Part shown: one piece after another, positions 49,721 to 60,787 of the stretch
Numbering within the stretch: the first letter of the stretch is position 1
How the letters are laid out: every line of letters starts with the position of its first letter
Sequence record: SRR20825006_1719
Length of the DNA stretch: 62,366 nt
Reading direction: 5' to 3' (one strand)
Notes under the pieces: generated by a model
Database searches by the model: none
Told to the model about the DNA's origin: nothing
The model's input: only the letters and a program-made list of their open reading frames with translations
Translations under genes and position numbers: made by a program

Positions 49721-52606
49721 TTAGGGTTTTATTAAAGTAGGATCAGGTCCCATATAGGACTCCCGAAGACCTCCAAAATCTATAATTGCTTTTTGGATTA
49801 CCATTCCAGGATCTCCACCAATAAGTCTAAGTGTATGCTTACCCGGCTCCTTAATCCAAATTTTACTGGTATTGATTGTTGCATTACGTATGACGTTTTG
49901 CTTCCAGTTAAAAGAATATTCTGCTGATGCCGTACTCTCCCAATTTACCCTACTGTCATCTATTCGCACACCGTAGTTCGTCCCTGTGTTATCATCTTTA
50001 CCAAATACAGGCAGTGCATAGGTATATACCGTTACATAACCTGCTTTATCAGAATAAAAATCATATTCCGTTGCGGTATTCGCCCATCCCTTGTCTACAA
50101 TATTTCCCAGTTGAATGCTTTGTCCTGTATAGCCCAATTCTTCAATTACAGAAACTTTAGAGCCATTTTTTTCGCTTTTCCTAGAGAATTGAGCAGGATC
50201 TATGGATACCACTCCATTATCTTCTACATAGAGCAGCCTATTTGGTTTATCAATCTTTGAATTTTTAATACTAACAAAAATTGTTTTTTCAGCATCTCCT
50301 GAACTTAAACGTATCTGTTCTTGAAGCTGTTTTTTGTTGGGAAGCTTTCTCCAATTAATCGAAACAATAATGCGGTTCTGATCTGCTGTTTCTCCTTTGC
50401 TCTGACTCAATTTTATATAATCTTGTGAAGTTTCAGCGTTCCATTTAAGAGGCTTGCTTCCCTTATTATAGATTTCAAACGCGTATTCTCTTTTTGTATT
50501 TACATCAAACTGCGGCAGTATATAAAAGTCTGAAGATGTATCGGCGTTGGGAACAAATATCCCCATCTCTGAAGGCTCTGGAAGTTTAATGGTTGACAAA
50601 GGGGGTAATTGCACCTCAGGTACACGCTCAGGAGCAGTCATAATCCCCTTCCATTTTCCGTTTTCAAGATTGTTATAGTGACTGGTTATTTCAGAAAGTC
50701 TTTGGTCATATTGTTTCACCTCTTCAACTAGTTTATTCGTGCCCGCCCTACCCTGCATAGCATACCAGCGATTTTTCTGAGCAGTAAGCATTTTCACGTT
50801 TTCCAAGTAAGCACCTACTACCGGATAATACACCAAGTGGTAAAATGCAGATTTCTGAACTTCAGGAAGTTGTTTATAAATCGCCTCTGTTTGATTTGCA
50901 ATTGAAGTGTATGCTTGTATTCTACCTTCAGCCTCATTATAATTCTCAAATGAAAATTCAGTATCTACTATTTGTTCTTTGGCGGCAATACTATTCCATC
51001 TCCAGTCCCACCCCATATACTCTGGCTTTCTTTCAAATCCTAAATGAAAATAAGTATTGTATATATGTTTAAATTCATTAGTGTACTCTTTACCGAAAAT
51101 AGTTGCTAAAAATTTAGCATTGTAAGTAGGTAAGTTGTCGTAAGATATACAATCAATATCCCAAGCTAGATCCAAAAAGAATTGCATTCCCAATTCTCCG
51201 GGCTTGATATCACCCACGTTGAGGAGCCAATATTTATCTGCACCGCTTTGATAGGCTTTGTACATTTCCTCATACATTAATGCTGGAGGTGTTGTATTTA
51301 ACCATAAATAATCATTGGGTTCTCCTAGGTAAGATATGTGGTAATAAACTCCTGCGCCTCCTTTGCGTTCTGCTTCCTTGGAATCACTTAACTTTTTAAT
51401 GTATCCAAAATTATCATCTGGCCAGACCAATGTAACATCTTCCGGGAGCTCCATACCACTTCGATAAATATCTAGTACCTCTTTATAAGGGACAAAAATC
51501 TGTGGGATAACATCAGCCGGTTTTTTAATATGTTTTGATAAAATTTTACGCTCTTCGTCAATGACCTGCTCCAGAACATTAGCTTTAGTATAGCCCTCTG
51601 GCACCTCGCTCATTCCTCGATCGTGAATCCCTCGCATACCTACTGTATAAATATTTTCATAGAGCGCAGCTTCTTCAACACGAGAATCAAGTACTTCAAG
51701 CACACCATTCTTATTTTTCACATAATCCCAAGCACCGTTTTTATCGTGATGCCATTCTGTGGTGTTATTATAAAGCAGAGGTTCTGCATGACTGGTAGTC
51801 AGCATAATGCCATAGCGGTCTGCAACTTTTTTGTTTTCAGGATACTTAAAGAAAGCACCGGTAACCTCGTGCATAGCAGGTGCGAGCATATTTGCTTTTA
51901 AACGCAATAACAATTCACAAACCTTTGCATAAGTATTGGGGCCAATATCATTGATTTCAGGATCCATTAACTTGGATGCCCAAGGTTTTAACCCCCAATC
52001 TTCATCATTAAGGAATATACCTCTATATTTTACAGAGGGCTCTTTTGAATGGTAAGGCAAATTAGATATCAACAACTGTTTCTGTTTTTTTACAGGTACA
52101 TCCGCCCACCAGTACCAAGGAGAGACACCAATTGCCTTAGACAATTCAAAAGCTCCATAAGCGGTACCTCTACGATCACTTCCTACAATAACTAGAAGTT
52201 CTGACACCCCTTCAAAAGGTTTTGTGACCCTTTGAATTGTAAATCGTTCCCAGCTATTTTCTAAATCCTTAATCTCTAATTTTCCCTCCCTTGCTAATTG
52301 TTTTATAATCAGGTTATTATAAGTTCCTATGAGAATACCGTTAGAGGTAGGTAAATCTGCCAGTACTTCTGGCTTTTTATTTGTTACGCGTTCAATATCA
52401 TCTGCTAGTATCGTGGCGGCTGTCGCAACAAGGTCAGCTTCATTTTTATCGTAATAAATAGTTGCTATGTTCTGATCGCTTACTATAGAAAAAGCCTCTG
52501 AGGTAGAGGCTTTTTCAGCAAGACTTATCTGTCCATGCAATCTGATGAAACAATTAAACGTAATACACACACAACTAATAATTAGTCTTAAACAACTGAT
52601 TTTCAT
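49721..52606 (-). CDS. GH115 alpha-glucuronidase-family protein
   Basis: GSDRRGTAYG, IGVSPWYWWAD, PSVKYRGIFLNDEDWGL, WPDDNFGY, GVYYHISYLG, NVGDIKP. Confidence 0.93.
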   Translation of the reverse strand: MKISCLRLIISCVCITFNCFIRLHGQISLAEKASTSEAFSIVSDQNIATIYYDKNEADLVATAATILADDIERVTNKKPEVLADLPTSNGILIGTYNNLIIKQLAREGKLEIKDLENSWERFTIQRVTKPFEGVSELLVIVGSDRRGTAYGAFELSKAIGVSPWYWWADVPVKKQKQLLISNLPYHSKEPSVKYRGIFLNDEDWGLKPWASKLMDPEINDIGPNTYAKVCELLLRLKANMLAPAMHEVTGAFFKYPENKKVADRYGIMLTTSHAEPLLYNNTTEWHHDKNGAWDYVKNKNGVLEVLDSRVEEAALYENIYTVGMRGIHDRGMSEVPEGYTKANVLEQVIDEERKILSKHIKKPADVIPQIFVPYKEVLDIYRSGMELPEDVTLVWPDDNFGYIKKLSDSKEAERKGGAGVYYHISYLGEPNDYLWLNTTPPALMYEEMYKAYQSGADKYWLLNVGDIKPGELGMQFFLDLAWDIDCISYDNLPTYNAKFLATIFGKEYTNEFKHIYNTYFHLGFERKPEYMGWDWRWNSIAAKEQIVDTEFSFENYNEAEGRIQAYTSIANQTEAIYKQLPEVQKSAFYHLVYYPVVGAYLENVKMLTAQKNRWYAMQGRAGTNKLVEEVKQYDQRLSEITSHYNNLENGKWKGIMTAPERVPEVQLPPLSTIKLPEPSEMGIFVPNADTSSDFYILPQFDVNTKREYAFEIYNKGSKPLKWNAETSQDYIKLSQSKGETADQNRIIVSINWRKLPNKKQLQEQIRLSSGDAEKTIFVSIKNSKIDKPNRLLYVEDNGVVSIDPAQFSRKSEKNGSKVSVIEELGYTGQSIQLGNIVDKGWANTATEYDFYSDKAGYVTVYTYALPVFGKDDNTGTNYGVRIDDSRVNWESTASAEYSFNWKQNVIRNATINTSKIWIKEPGKHTLRLIGGDPGMVIQKAIIDFGGLRESYMGPDPTLIKP

Positions 52607-52636
52607 GAAACTAATGATATAAGTCTATATTAAAAA

Positions 52637-54280
52637 TTAATATCCTGGATTTTGTTCTAAAGGTGCCCCCCTATTGCCTTCAATTTCATCTGCCGGAATG
52701 GGCCATAAATTGAAAGTTTGAGACATCCCCTGTTCCATATAATATGGGTTATATTGCTCTACTCTGTCAAATAATAAGCCTAAACGCATTAGTGTTAACC
52801 TGCGCTTCTCTTCGACTCCCAATTCTCTTACGCGCTCGTCTAAAATATAATCTATGTCTATTTGACTCACTGTCGCAAGACTTGTTTGAGCTCTTTGACG
52901 TATTACATTTATATCGTTAGCAGCAAGCTGTGCTTGATTATTGGCTAGGTACGCTTCTGCTCTGAGCAAATAGCTTTCTGCTAATCTCAGCATATATTGA
53001 TCAGTATATGTACCGCCTCCAGATGATGTAAGGCCGAAGTTAGCATCACGATATAAACCATCAGGATGATTGAAAGGTGTGGTAACTTTTGTCTGATATG
53101 CATAAAACCCTCTACTTCTTGGTGTATCCTCAGTTGAGTATACTTCTCCCGGACTTAGTGCTACTGTATTTTCTGAATTGTATTCTCTAATGAAATTATG
53201 ATTGGCATTTCGTATATCATTAGTAAAATCGGTATTTGTAGCATCTCCTCCCCATACGGTATTACTAAAGTATTCTGTTGATATCATCCAGCCTATACCT
53301 CTACCTCCGGTGTAGTCTCCTACAGGCCAAGATCTAAAAGCTCCTGATCTATTAAGCGGAGCGTGATGACGCTCTAGCATATAAGATCCTCCCCTGCTTC
53401 CAGATTCTAGTCCACCACCCTGAACATCTAATTCAAATTGTATTACCCAGAGTCCTTCGGTATTACCTGAAGATCTATTTTGATTTCCTCTTCTGAATAA
53501 ATCCCAATAAACATCCCCAGGAGTTTCACCAGAACGTGTTCCAAAGCGATCCTGCATTAATGCTGTATTTGGATCATCTATTACAAGAGTTAACGCAGCT
53601 ATCGCCTCTTGATTACGCCCAAGTGACAAATAGGTTTCTGCAAGATAATGATAAGCAGTTAGGTTGTTTACACGACCATCATTAACTGCGGTAATTCCGG
53701 GTAAATTTTGCGAAGCATATTCTAGATCACTTACAATTTGATTAAGAACCTCTTCTTTAGTGGCCCGTATAAAATCTATTTTGGGTGAGGTAACTTCAGT
53801 AGTAACTAAGGGCACACCTCCATATAAATAAACTAAAACTCTGTAACAAAAACCTCTAAAAAAATAAGCCTGAGCAAGTACATCTTTAGCTTCGTCCTCT
53901 GTCATTTGAGAATTTGGTGCTCTATCAATAATAGCATTGGCCTCTGAAATTGTTTTATATAGTAAATTCCAATGTGTTGTGGGTATGGGACTTGCAGGAT
54001 CATATGCCTGTTCCATACGGCTATGTCGCTGTATTCCATTATTCTCTCCATCATAGACAATATCAGTACCATATAGAAAATCGAACGGTCGATTTTCATC
54101 CCTGCTGTAAAATTGCCTTCTGCTCAAAAAATAAAGATTGTTTACCGATGCAATAAAGTCATCATATGTACTATATGCATTTGCTGAGCTTAAGAAATCT
54201 TCTGGTTTTTCATCTAAGAAGTCGTCTTCACACGATACGAGTGTAAGCAACGTGAGTAAAATTATACCTATGTTTTTCAT
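52637..54280 (-). CDS. susD: SusD/RagB family glycan-binding lipoprotein
   Basis: Lipobox LVSC-EDDFL; YGGVPL, RLAESYLLRAEA, ILDERVRELG.E, QNPGY terminus. Confidence 0.95.
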   Translation of the reverse strand: MKNIGIILLTLLTLVSCEDDFLDEKPEDFLSSANAYSTYDDFIASVNNLYFLSRRQFYSRDENRPFDFLYGTDIVYDGENNGIQRHSRMEQAYDPASPIPTTHWNLLYKTISEANAIIDRAPNSQMTEDEAKDVLAQAYFFRGFCYRVLVYLYGGVPLVTTEVTSPKIDFIRATKEEVLNQIVSDLEYASQNLPGITAVNDGRVNNLTAYHYLAETYLSLGRNQEAIAALTLVIDDPNTALMQDRFGTRSGETPGDVYWDLFRRGNQNRSSGNTEGLWVIQFELDVQGGGLESGSRGGSYMLERHHAPLNRSGAFRSWPVGDYTGGRGIGWMISTEYFSNTVWGGDATNTDFTNDIRNANHNFIREYNSENTVALSPGEVYSTEDTPRSRGFYAYQTKVTTPFNHPDGLYRDANFGLTSSGGGTYTDQYMLRLAESYLLRAEAYLANNQAQLAANDINVIRQRAQTSLATVSQIDIDYILDERVRELGVEEKRRLTLMRLGLLFDRVEQYNPYYMEQGMSQTFNLWPIPADEIEGNRGAPLEQNPGY

Positions 54281-54290
54281 GATCTTTTAA

Positions 54291-57200
54291 TTAAAATGAG
54301 AGATTGATTCCTAGTGAGTATCCTTTTAAAACAGGGCGACCTCCTGCTGTAAGTCCTTGACCAGTTTCTGGATCCCAACCTTTCCAATCGGTCCAAGTCA
54401 TCAGGTTTTTTCCACTTAGAAAAATGCTCAAATCTGCAATAGATAGTCGTTCTAAAAGCTTTGAGTCAAATTTGTATCTTAGGTTAACATCCTGAAGGCG
54501 GACAAAACTACGGTCTTGATAGCGTGTCCCAGCAATACCAGGTCTAAATGGTGATAATGCATTCTCACCATCAGAGTTTTGCGGCGACCAATAATCGATT
54601 CCACTTATTAAGTTTCTAAAAAGTGTATTGCTATCTCTATATAGAGCATTATCATTACTACTTAAATAAGTATTATTTCCACCTTGAATACTATTAAAGA
54701 ACACACTCAGAGATAAATTTTTATATGAGAAAGTGCTAAGTAATGATGCTCTAAAATCAGGATCACTAGTACCTATGAATACTCTGTCATCAGCTTGATT
54801 AATTTCACCATCACCATTTTGATCAACCACACGATAGGTACCTGGTCCATAACCATCAGGAATATCAGTGTCTCCTAATTGGTATATGCCATCAGTCTGG
54901 TAATCATAAATGGTGTTTATAGATTTACCAATAAATAATCCACTTTGAATTAGATCATCTTCAACTCCATCCCCATCCGCGTCTTCTCCTGTAAGCGAAA
55001 GTATAGTATTTCTGTTCTTAGAAAAATTGATAGTTGTGGTCCAGGTAAAATCTTGGGTGCGTATCAAGTCACCTGTAAGCGAAAATTCTACACCACTATT
55101 CTTTACAGAACCTACATTTGTTTGGATGCTGTTAAACCCTGTCAAATAGGGTATGCGCACTGAGAACAACAAATCATCCGTAATACTACGGTAAACATCA
55201 ACCGATCCAGAAAGCCTATTATTAAAGAGGCCAAAATCTGCCCCAATGTTTAGCCCTTTAGTTTTCTCCCATCGAAGATTGGGATTTGCAAGCGAAGTTA
55301 ACTCTTGACCAAAGGCCGGACTACTCCCCTCCCCAAACACATATGCAGGTCGAGTTATCAATCGGGCTAAAGAACTGTATCGCGGTGTTTGATTCCCACT
55401 TACCCCATAGCTCGCTCTAAATTTTAAATTATTTACGAAGTCAATATTTTGCATAAATCCTTCGTTTGATGCGATCCATCCTAATGCCCCTGAAGGAAAA
55501 TAGGCTGTTTTTTCGTTTTCTGCAAATGCAGAGAAGCCATCCCTTCGTAGTGTACCTGTGACAAGATATCTATTATCAAATTTATAGTTGAATCTAAACA
55601 TCTGGTAATTCAGCCTTTCTGTATATGCGCCAGAGGATACTTCGGGTATACTACCTACACTCAAATCATTAAAACCAAGAGTAAGGCGATCAAAACCTTT
55701 GACGTAAGCATTGGTGTTTTCACCCTGACGCTCCATAGCTCCATAAAGTAGTGTTAAGCCTAAATCGTGTTTTCCAAAAACACGTTGATATTTCAAAATA
55801 TTGTCTAGAGTATAATCTTTATAAAATGAAATGCTTTTACCTGCATCACCCGTTTGACCAGCGCCATAAATACTTGCACCATATACTTTATCAATCCTAT
55901 AGTTGTTTCCAAAATTTAAACGATAAGATAACCCAGGGATGAAAGGCACATCAATTTCAGAATAAATGTTTGCAAACAAATAATCGTGACGCTCGTAATC
56001 AAAGGTATTTGAACCTAAAAAGGGATTTGGGTCAAGCGTTCCAGTCGGATTGGGAATAAGCTCTCCATCATCATCAAAGGGAGTAAGCAAAGGAGGCATT
56101 ATCACTAGTTGATAAACTCCTGGCTCGTCCCCATCTTGTTTAACAAAGGATCCAAATGTTTGAATGCCCACATTCCACCAGTCAGTTGCATCTGCATCTA
56201 AATTGACTCGTAAACTCTTACGGGAAAAATTATCATTTTTTATAAATCCTTCTTGCTCTGTCAACCCAAGAGACATCAAATAACTAACCTTTGATGAACC
56301 GCCAGTAACACTAATCTTATTTTCCTGTATAAATCCAGTTTGAGTACCTTCGTCCCACCAGTTATAGTCTGCAGTTTTGAAATTTCCAGGATTATTTGGG
56401 TCTTCAAGCTCAGGATTTGGATTTAAGCCTCCACCTGGGTTAAAGTAGCCGCCAAAATCAGGATTTGGCGTGATATAATCAGGCGCTTGAAAAGCCATGT
56501 CATAAAGCTGTCTATTTAGATGCTCAATATATTCACCTCTATTCATAGGTCGTAAATCTTCTGATGGTTCTTGAGTCGCATATGAACTTGTTATAGTGAT
56601 GCGTGGTTTTTGATCTCTTTTACCTCTCTTTGTTGTGATTAAAATCACCCCATTAGCTGCCTGTGCCCCATAAACAGCAGTTGAACTAGCATCTTTAAGA
56701 ACATCGATTGAAGCGATGTCATTTGGATTTATTGAAGAAAGCGAACCATTATATTGTATACCATCAAGAATAATTAATACATCTTGCGAACCACTGATAG
56801 AGGCTCGCCCTCGTATGCTAATAGCGGGAGTACTACCAGCAGAGGTCACTTGACCTATGTTTAATCCGGGAACACTACCTTGTAAGCTCTGAACAATATT
56901 GGTATTGGGCGCCTCTTGAAAGGCTTCTAAATTAGCGCTGGCAACTGCACCGGTAACATCTGCTTTCTTCTGGGTTCCGTAACCTACAACGACTACTTCC
57001 TCAAGAGCTGCTACATCTTCTTTTAATGTAATTCTCAATGTAGTTTTGCCCTCCAAAGAAATCGATTGCGTAAGAAATCCAATAGATGAAAATTTTAATT
57101 GTGCAGAATTAGCATCAGAGACTTGTATACTAAATGCACCATCAATATCAGATATTGATCCATTTGCGGTTCCTTCTTCCAACACATTCACATACGGAAT

Positions 57201-57317
57201 AGGAACGCCATTGACGTCGCTCACCACACCAGATACGGTAGACTGGGCGCGAGAAACAAAAACACAAAAGATAATAGCCACAGCCGGCAAAATCTTTTGG
57301 AGTAATACTGTTTTCAT
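54291..57317 (-). CDS. susC: SusC/RagA TonB-dependent transporter
   Basis: LEEVVVVGYG, DVLKDASSTAVYGAQAANGVILITTKRG, NPNLRWEKT, terminal GINLSF. Confidence 0.97.
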   Translation of the reverse strand: MKTVLLQKILPAVAIIFCVFVSRAQSTVSGVVSDVNGVPIPYVNVLEEGTANGSISDIDGAFSIQVSDANSAQLKFSSIGFLTQSISLEGKTTLRITLKEDVAALEEVVVVGYGTQKKADVTGAVASANLEAFQEAPNTNIVQSLQGSVPGLNIGQVTSAGSTPAISIRGRASISGSQDVLIILDGIQYNGSLSSINPNDIASIDVLKDASSTAVYGAQAANGVILITTKRGKRDQKPRITITSSYATQEPSEDLRPMNRGEYIEHLNRQLYDMAFQAPDYITPNPDFGGYFNPGGGLNPNPELEDPNNPGNFKTADYNWWDEGTQTGFIQENKISVTGGSSKVSYLMSLGLTEQEGFIKNDNFSRKSLRVNLDADATDWWNVGIQTFGSFVKQDGDEPGVYQLVIMPPLLTPFDDDGELIPNPTGTLDPNPFLGSNTFDYERHDYLFANIYSEIDVPFIPGLSYRLNFGNNYRIDKVYGASIYGAGQTGDAGKSISFYKDYTLDNILKYQRVFGKHDLGLTLLYGAMERQGENTNAYVKGFDRLTLGFNDLSVGSIPEVSSGAYTERLNYQMFRFNYKFDNRYLVTGTLRRDGFSAFAENEKTAYFPSGALGWIASNEGFMQNIDFVNNLKFRASYGVSGNQTPRYSSLARLITRPAYVFGEGSSPAFGQELTSLANPNLRWEKTKGLNIGADFGLFNNRLSGSVDVYRSITDDLLFSVRIPYLTGFNSIQTNVGSVKNSGVEFSLTGDLIRTQDFTWTTTINFSKNRNTILSLTGEDADGDGVEDDLIQSGLFIGKSINTIYDYQTDGIYQLGDTDIPDGYGPGTYRVVDQNGDGEINQADDRVFIGTSDPDFRASLLSTFSYKNLSLSVFFNSIQGGNNTYLSSNDNALYRDSNTLFRNLISGIDYWSPQNSDGENALSPFRPGIAGTRYQDRSFVRLQDVNLRYKFDSKLLERLSIADLSIFLSGKNLMTWTDWKGWDPETGQGLTAGGRPVLKGYSLGINLSF

Positions 57318-57355
57318 AATTCAGTTTTTAGTTAGTCAATCTTGTATTAAGACTC

Positions 57356-57397
57356 CAAAGATAAAAAGAAATACTAATTACACAATCGATTGCGTAA
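57356..57397 (-). promoter_or_regulatory. susC promoter (-7 TATCTTTG) with LacI-type operator
   Basis: caaagata 57356-57363; near-perfect palindrome TTACACAATCGATTGCGTAA 57378-57397. Confidence 0.85.
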
Positions 57398-57516
57398 ATT
57401 TACATTAAAATATTCTTAAACTAAAGACTTTTAAATAACAATTCATCACTATTAGAGCCGATTAATTATATTAATGTGATTTTAAATTCTATTTTACTCT
57501 AAAATAATTGGAACAA

Positions 57517-57535
57517 TAAACAACCGATTGTTTTA
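57517..57535. promoter_or_regulatory. Second LacI-type operator
   Basis: TAAACAACCGATTGTTTTA, same CAA(T/C)CGATTG core. Confidence 0.7.
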
Positions 57536-57536
57536 C

Positions 57537-58565
57537 CTATAATTTTTGTGAAGATTCTCTGATGATCAATTTGGTTTCTAAAATAGTAATTTGATTCAGC
57601 TGCCCGTCTTGAGCTACTTGTTCAAGATTATCTAAAACACTGCGAGCAGCAAGCTTACCCATTTTTGAGGCAGGGTTAGAAACTGAAGATAAGGATGGCT
57701 CAATAATAGTGGCTATAGGATCATCATTAAAGCCAATTACTGCTAATTCTTTAGGTACAAGCACCCCGTGTTTCTTTGCATATTGTATAGCACTAATGGC
57801 AGCAGTATCATTTGAGGAGAATAAGCCATCTGGAGCTTTTTTTAAATTAAGAAGACGCTTTGCCCCTTTTTTACCTTCTTTAGCACTCAAAGTGTCAAAT
57901 TGAATAATAAGATCTTCATCAACTTCAAAACCTGCCTCTTTCAAGGCATCCTCATAACCTCTTCTCCTATCCTTATAAATTAATCTATTTTGTGACCCTG
58001 CAAAATGAGCGATACGTTTACACCCCTGATCTATGAGATGCTTAGTAGCCTTGAAGGCTGAATCATAATTGTCAATAATAATCTTGTATGCCGCAAATTG
58101 TTCTGGTACTCGATCCACAAATACGACCGGAATATTTTGATTTAAAAATGGCTCAAAATGCTTATAGTCTACCGTTTGCATACCTAAGGAGGTTATAATA
58201 CCTGCAATACGCATATCATATAGTGTCTTAGCATTTTTAATCTCTGTCTCATAATCATCATTGCATTGAATTATGATTACAGTATAGCCCGCTTTTTTGG
58301 CCTCATCTTCAATCCCACTAATCAATGATGACATAAAAGGCCTATTGATACGAGAAATCAAAACACCTATAGTTTTTGTTTTATTCTGCCTTAGTCCTGC
58401 TGCAAGTGTATTAGGTCTATACCCCATTTTCTCTGCTTCAGCTTTTATTTTCTCTGCAGTTTTTTTCCCGATAGAATGATGATCGCGCAATGCCCTAGAA
58501 ATAGTAGACGTAGAATAATTTAATTTTTTCGCTATATCGTAAATGGTAATTGATTTCTTTGACAT
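57537..58565 (-). CDS. LacI-family transcriptional regulator
   Basis: TIYDIAKKLNYSTSTISRAL, GYRPN.LAAGL, PVVFVDR, VPKELAVIGFND. Confidence 0.96.
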   Translation of the reverse strand: MSKKSITIYDIAKKLNYSTSTISRALRDHHSIGKKTAEKIKAEAEKMGYRPNTLAAGLRQNKTKTIGVLISRINRPFMSSLISGIEDEAKKAGYTVIIIQCNDDYETEIKNAKTLYDMRIAGIITSLGMQTVDYKHFEPFLNQNIPVVFVDRVPEQFAAYKIIIDNYDSAFKATKHLIDQGCKRIAHFAGSQNRLIYKDRRRGYEDALKEAGFEVDEDLIIQFDTLSAKEGKKGAKRLLNLKKAPDGLFSSNDTAAISAIQYAKKHGVLVPKELAVIGFNDDPIATIIEPSLSSVSNPASKMGKLAARSVLDNLEQVAQDGQLNQITILETKLIIRESSQKL

Positions 58566-58738
58566 ATATACCTTCTTAGTTTGGCGAAAATAGAACTTCT
58601 CTGATAAAAATAATATTTATTAAAAATTGCATTACACGTAATTCAAAATGCTCTTATAAATTAATTTGAAACAGACGCATAATCTCCGTTACCTGAAAAT
58701 GCTGATACCGTGCTTATAAAAAGTAAGAAAATCATAAC

Positions 58739-58758
58739 TTACACAACCGATTGCTCAA
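58739..58758. promoter_or_regulatory. Third LacI-type operator in the lacI/GH29 divergent region
   Basis: TTACACAACCGATTGCTCAA. Confidence 0.75.
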
Positions 58759-58999
58759 TTAGTCTATCGTAAAATGCAAAATACAAAGGAAGCTTATTTT
58801 TTTTCAAAATTTTGATTATGTTTTACTTAGAAACACTAATAAAGTGCTTTTTCGATTTCCCCCTGTGCATTGGTAACAACCTCAGTGCAAGCCTTACAAG
58901 TTCTAAACTCTTCTGGCGGCTATGATAGAATAATAGCTGACTGTGTGTAAATTAAAATGTACTAATCTACAGATACCTTTACCAACCAAATAAATACCT

Positions 59000-60781
59000 A
59001 TGAATTTACTGTATCTAGAGCCCTTACAAAAAATCAAATTAGGCTTAATTTTGTCTTTAATCCTCATAACTGCTTGTAACAAAACCCAACATCAAGATGA
59101 CGGGCTAAACTACAAACTTCCACCTATTCCAGATATTGAACACTTGGCTGAAGAAAATTCGATATCTCTTGAGGGTGCAGATACCTTTAAAGAGGTTAAT
59201 ATTGATATACCTATAACCAAAGGGCCTTATAAGCCCACTTGGCAATCCATTGAAAATAATTATCCCGGTACACCTCAATGGCTTAGAGATGCTAAACTGG
59301 GGATTTGGGTTCATTTTGGACCTCAATCTGCGGGGCAGAGTGGAGATTGGTATGCACGACGTTTATACACCGAGGGAACAGAGGCGTACAAAAATCATCT
59401 CACCCACTATGGGCATCCTTCTAAAATTGGCTATAAAGACGTTCTAAATAGCTGGAATCCAAAAAAGCTTGATCCCAAAAGCCTAGTTGAAACATATAAA
59501 GAAGCCGGAATAAAATTTTTAATTATTCAAGGGGTACATCACGATCAATTAGATATGTGGGATTCTAAATATCAACCTTGGAATGCAACCAATATAGGGC
59601 CTAAACGCGATCTTTTGGGCGAATGGGAAAAAGCTGCACGAGAAGCAGACATGAGATTTGGTATTACCTTTCATCACGAATACTCTTGGTGGTGGTGGCA
59701 AACTGCGTTTCAAAGTGATACTAAAGGGCCTAAAAAAGGAGTTCCCTATGACGGTAATCTTACACTAAAGGATGGTAAGGGCACCTGGTGGGAGGGCTAC
59801 GATCCCAGATTGCTTTATGGGGTTAATTTAAGAGAATATAAGGGAGTGGCAGATGCTGCCAACTCACGATGGTCGCCTCCACCGGCAGGCATTTTTAAAA
59901 ATCACCTAGCATATAGTACATGGTATAGTCAGTGGTGGGCTGCTCGTATGATGGACGCAGTAGATAAATATCAACCGGATTTTATTTATACGGATGGGAC
60001 AGATCAACAGCCATTTAGTGGCTTTGGTACAGGAACTGGTTTTAAATCAAATGCCATGCAGCACGTAATTGCTGATTTTTACAATAAAACCTTGCAAAGA
60101 CGGGGCGAAGTTGATGTGTTTAGTATTGTCAAATTTAGAGATAAAACCAATGGCACGGTGAATACGCAAGAAGGAGGCATTCCTGAGGACATTAAAACAG
60201 ATCAAGATTGGATTGCGGAGACACCTGTAGGAGATTGGTTTTACGGCCCAGATTTTACTTACAGTGCAGACGCCGTTATACGCTATTTATTAGAAGAAGT
60301 TGCACGTGATGGTAATGTAGGTATTTGCGTATCACTCCTTCCTGACGGTTCTCTTGATCAAGGCAGTACGCAAATGCTAAAAGATATCGGCACCTGGATG
60401 CGTATCAATGGTCAAGGCATTTATGGAAGCGCTGCTTGGAAGGTTTTAGGTGAAGGAGCTAATGAGAGACTCAATGTGCTTCCCGGAGGAAAAATAGGTA
60501 AGCGGCAAGCCGAGCATCAATTCTCAACACAGGATATACGTTTTACCAAAGGCAAAGATGGTCACGTCTATGCTTGGGTTATGACGGTCCCACAACCCGG
60601 CGAAACGCTACAGTTTAAGTCTCTAGGTCTGAACAAAAACAATGCTAAGATAAAGACCATTACCCTATTAGGACATCAAGGCCAGTTACAATGGAATCAA
60701 AGTGCAGATTTTTTAACCATTACCTGCCCACAAAAAATGTCCTTCAATACTGCAGTCGGTTTTAAAATTGAATTAAAGTAG
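59000..60781 (+). CDS. GH29 alpha-L-fucosidase-family lipoprotein
   Basis: Lipobox-like ITAC; WLRDAKLGIWVHFG, HHD.LDMWDS, PDFIYTD nucleophile region, W.RINGQGIYG. Confidence 0.88.
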   Translation: MNLLYLEPLQKIKLGLILSLILITACNKTQHQDDGLNYKLPPIPDIEHLAEENSISLEGADTFKEVNIDIPITKGPYKPTWQSIENNYPGTPQWLRDAKLGIWVHFGPQSAGQSGDWYARRLYTEGTEAYKNHLTHYGHPSKIGYKDVLNSWNPKKLDPKSLVETYKEAGIKFLIIQGVHHDQLDMWDSKYQPWNATNIGPKRDLLGEWEKAAREADMRFGITFHHEYSWWWWQTAFQSDTKGPKKGVPYDGNLTLKDGKGTWWEGYDPRLLYGVNLREYKGVADAANSRWSPPPAGIFKNHLAYSTWYSQWWAARMMDAVDKYQPDFIYTDGTDQQPFSGFGTGTGFKSNAMQHVIADFYNKTLQRRGEVDVFSIVKFRDKTNGTVNTQEGGIPEDIKTDQDWIAETPVGDWFYGPDFTYSADAVIRYLLEEVARDGNVGICVSLLPDGSLDQGSTQMLKDIGTWMRINGQGIYGSAAWKVLGEGANERLNVLPGGKIGKRQAEHQFSTQDIRFTKGKDGHVYAWVMTVPQPGETLQFKSLGLNKNNAKIKTITLLGHQGQLQWNQSADFLTITCPQKMSFNTAVGFKIELK

Positions 60782-60787
60782 TTTCCT

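Noticed and set aside
58850-58950. Slightly GC-richer patch with a ~30-codon open frame before GH29, possible gene remnant or sRNA
   Set aside because: No recognisable protein motif, start context or stable structure seen
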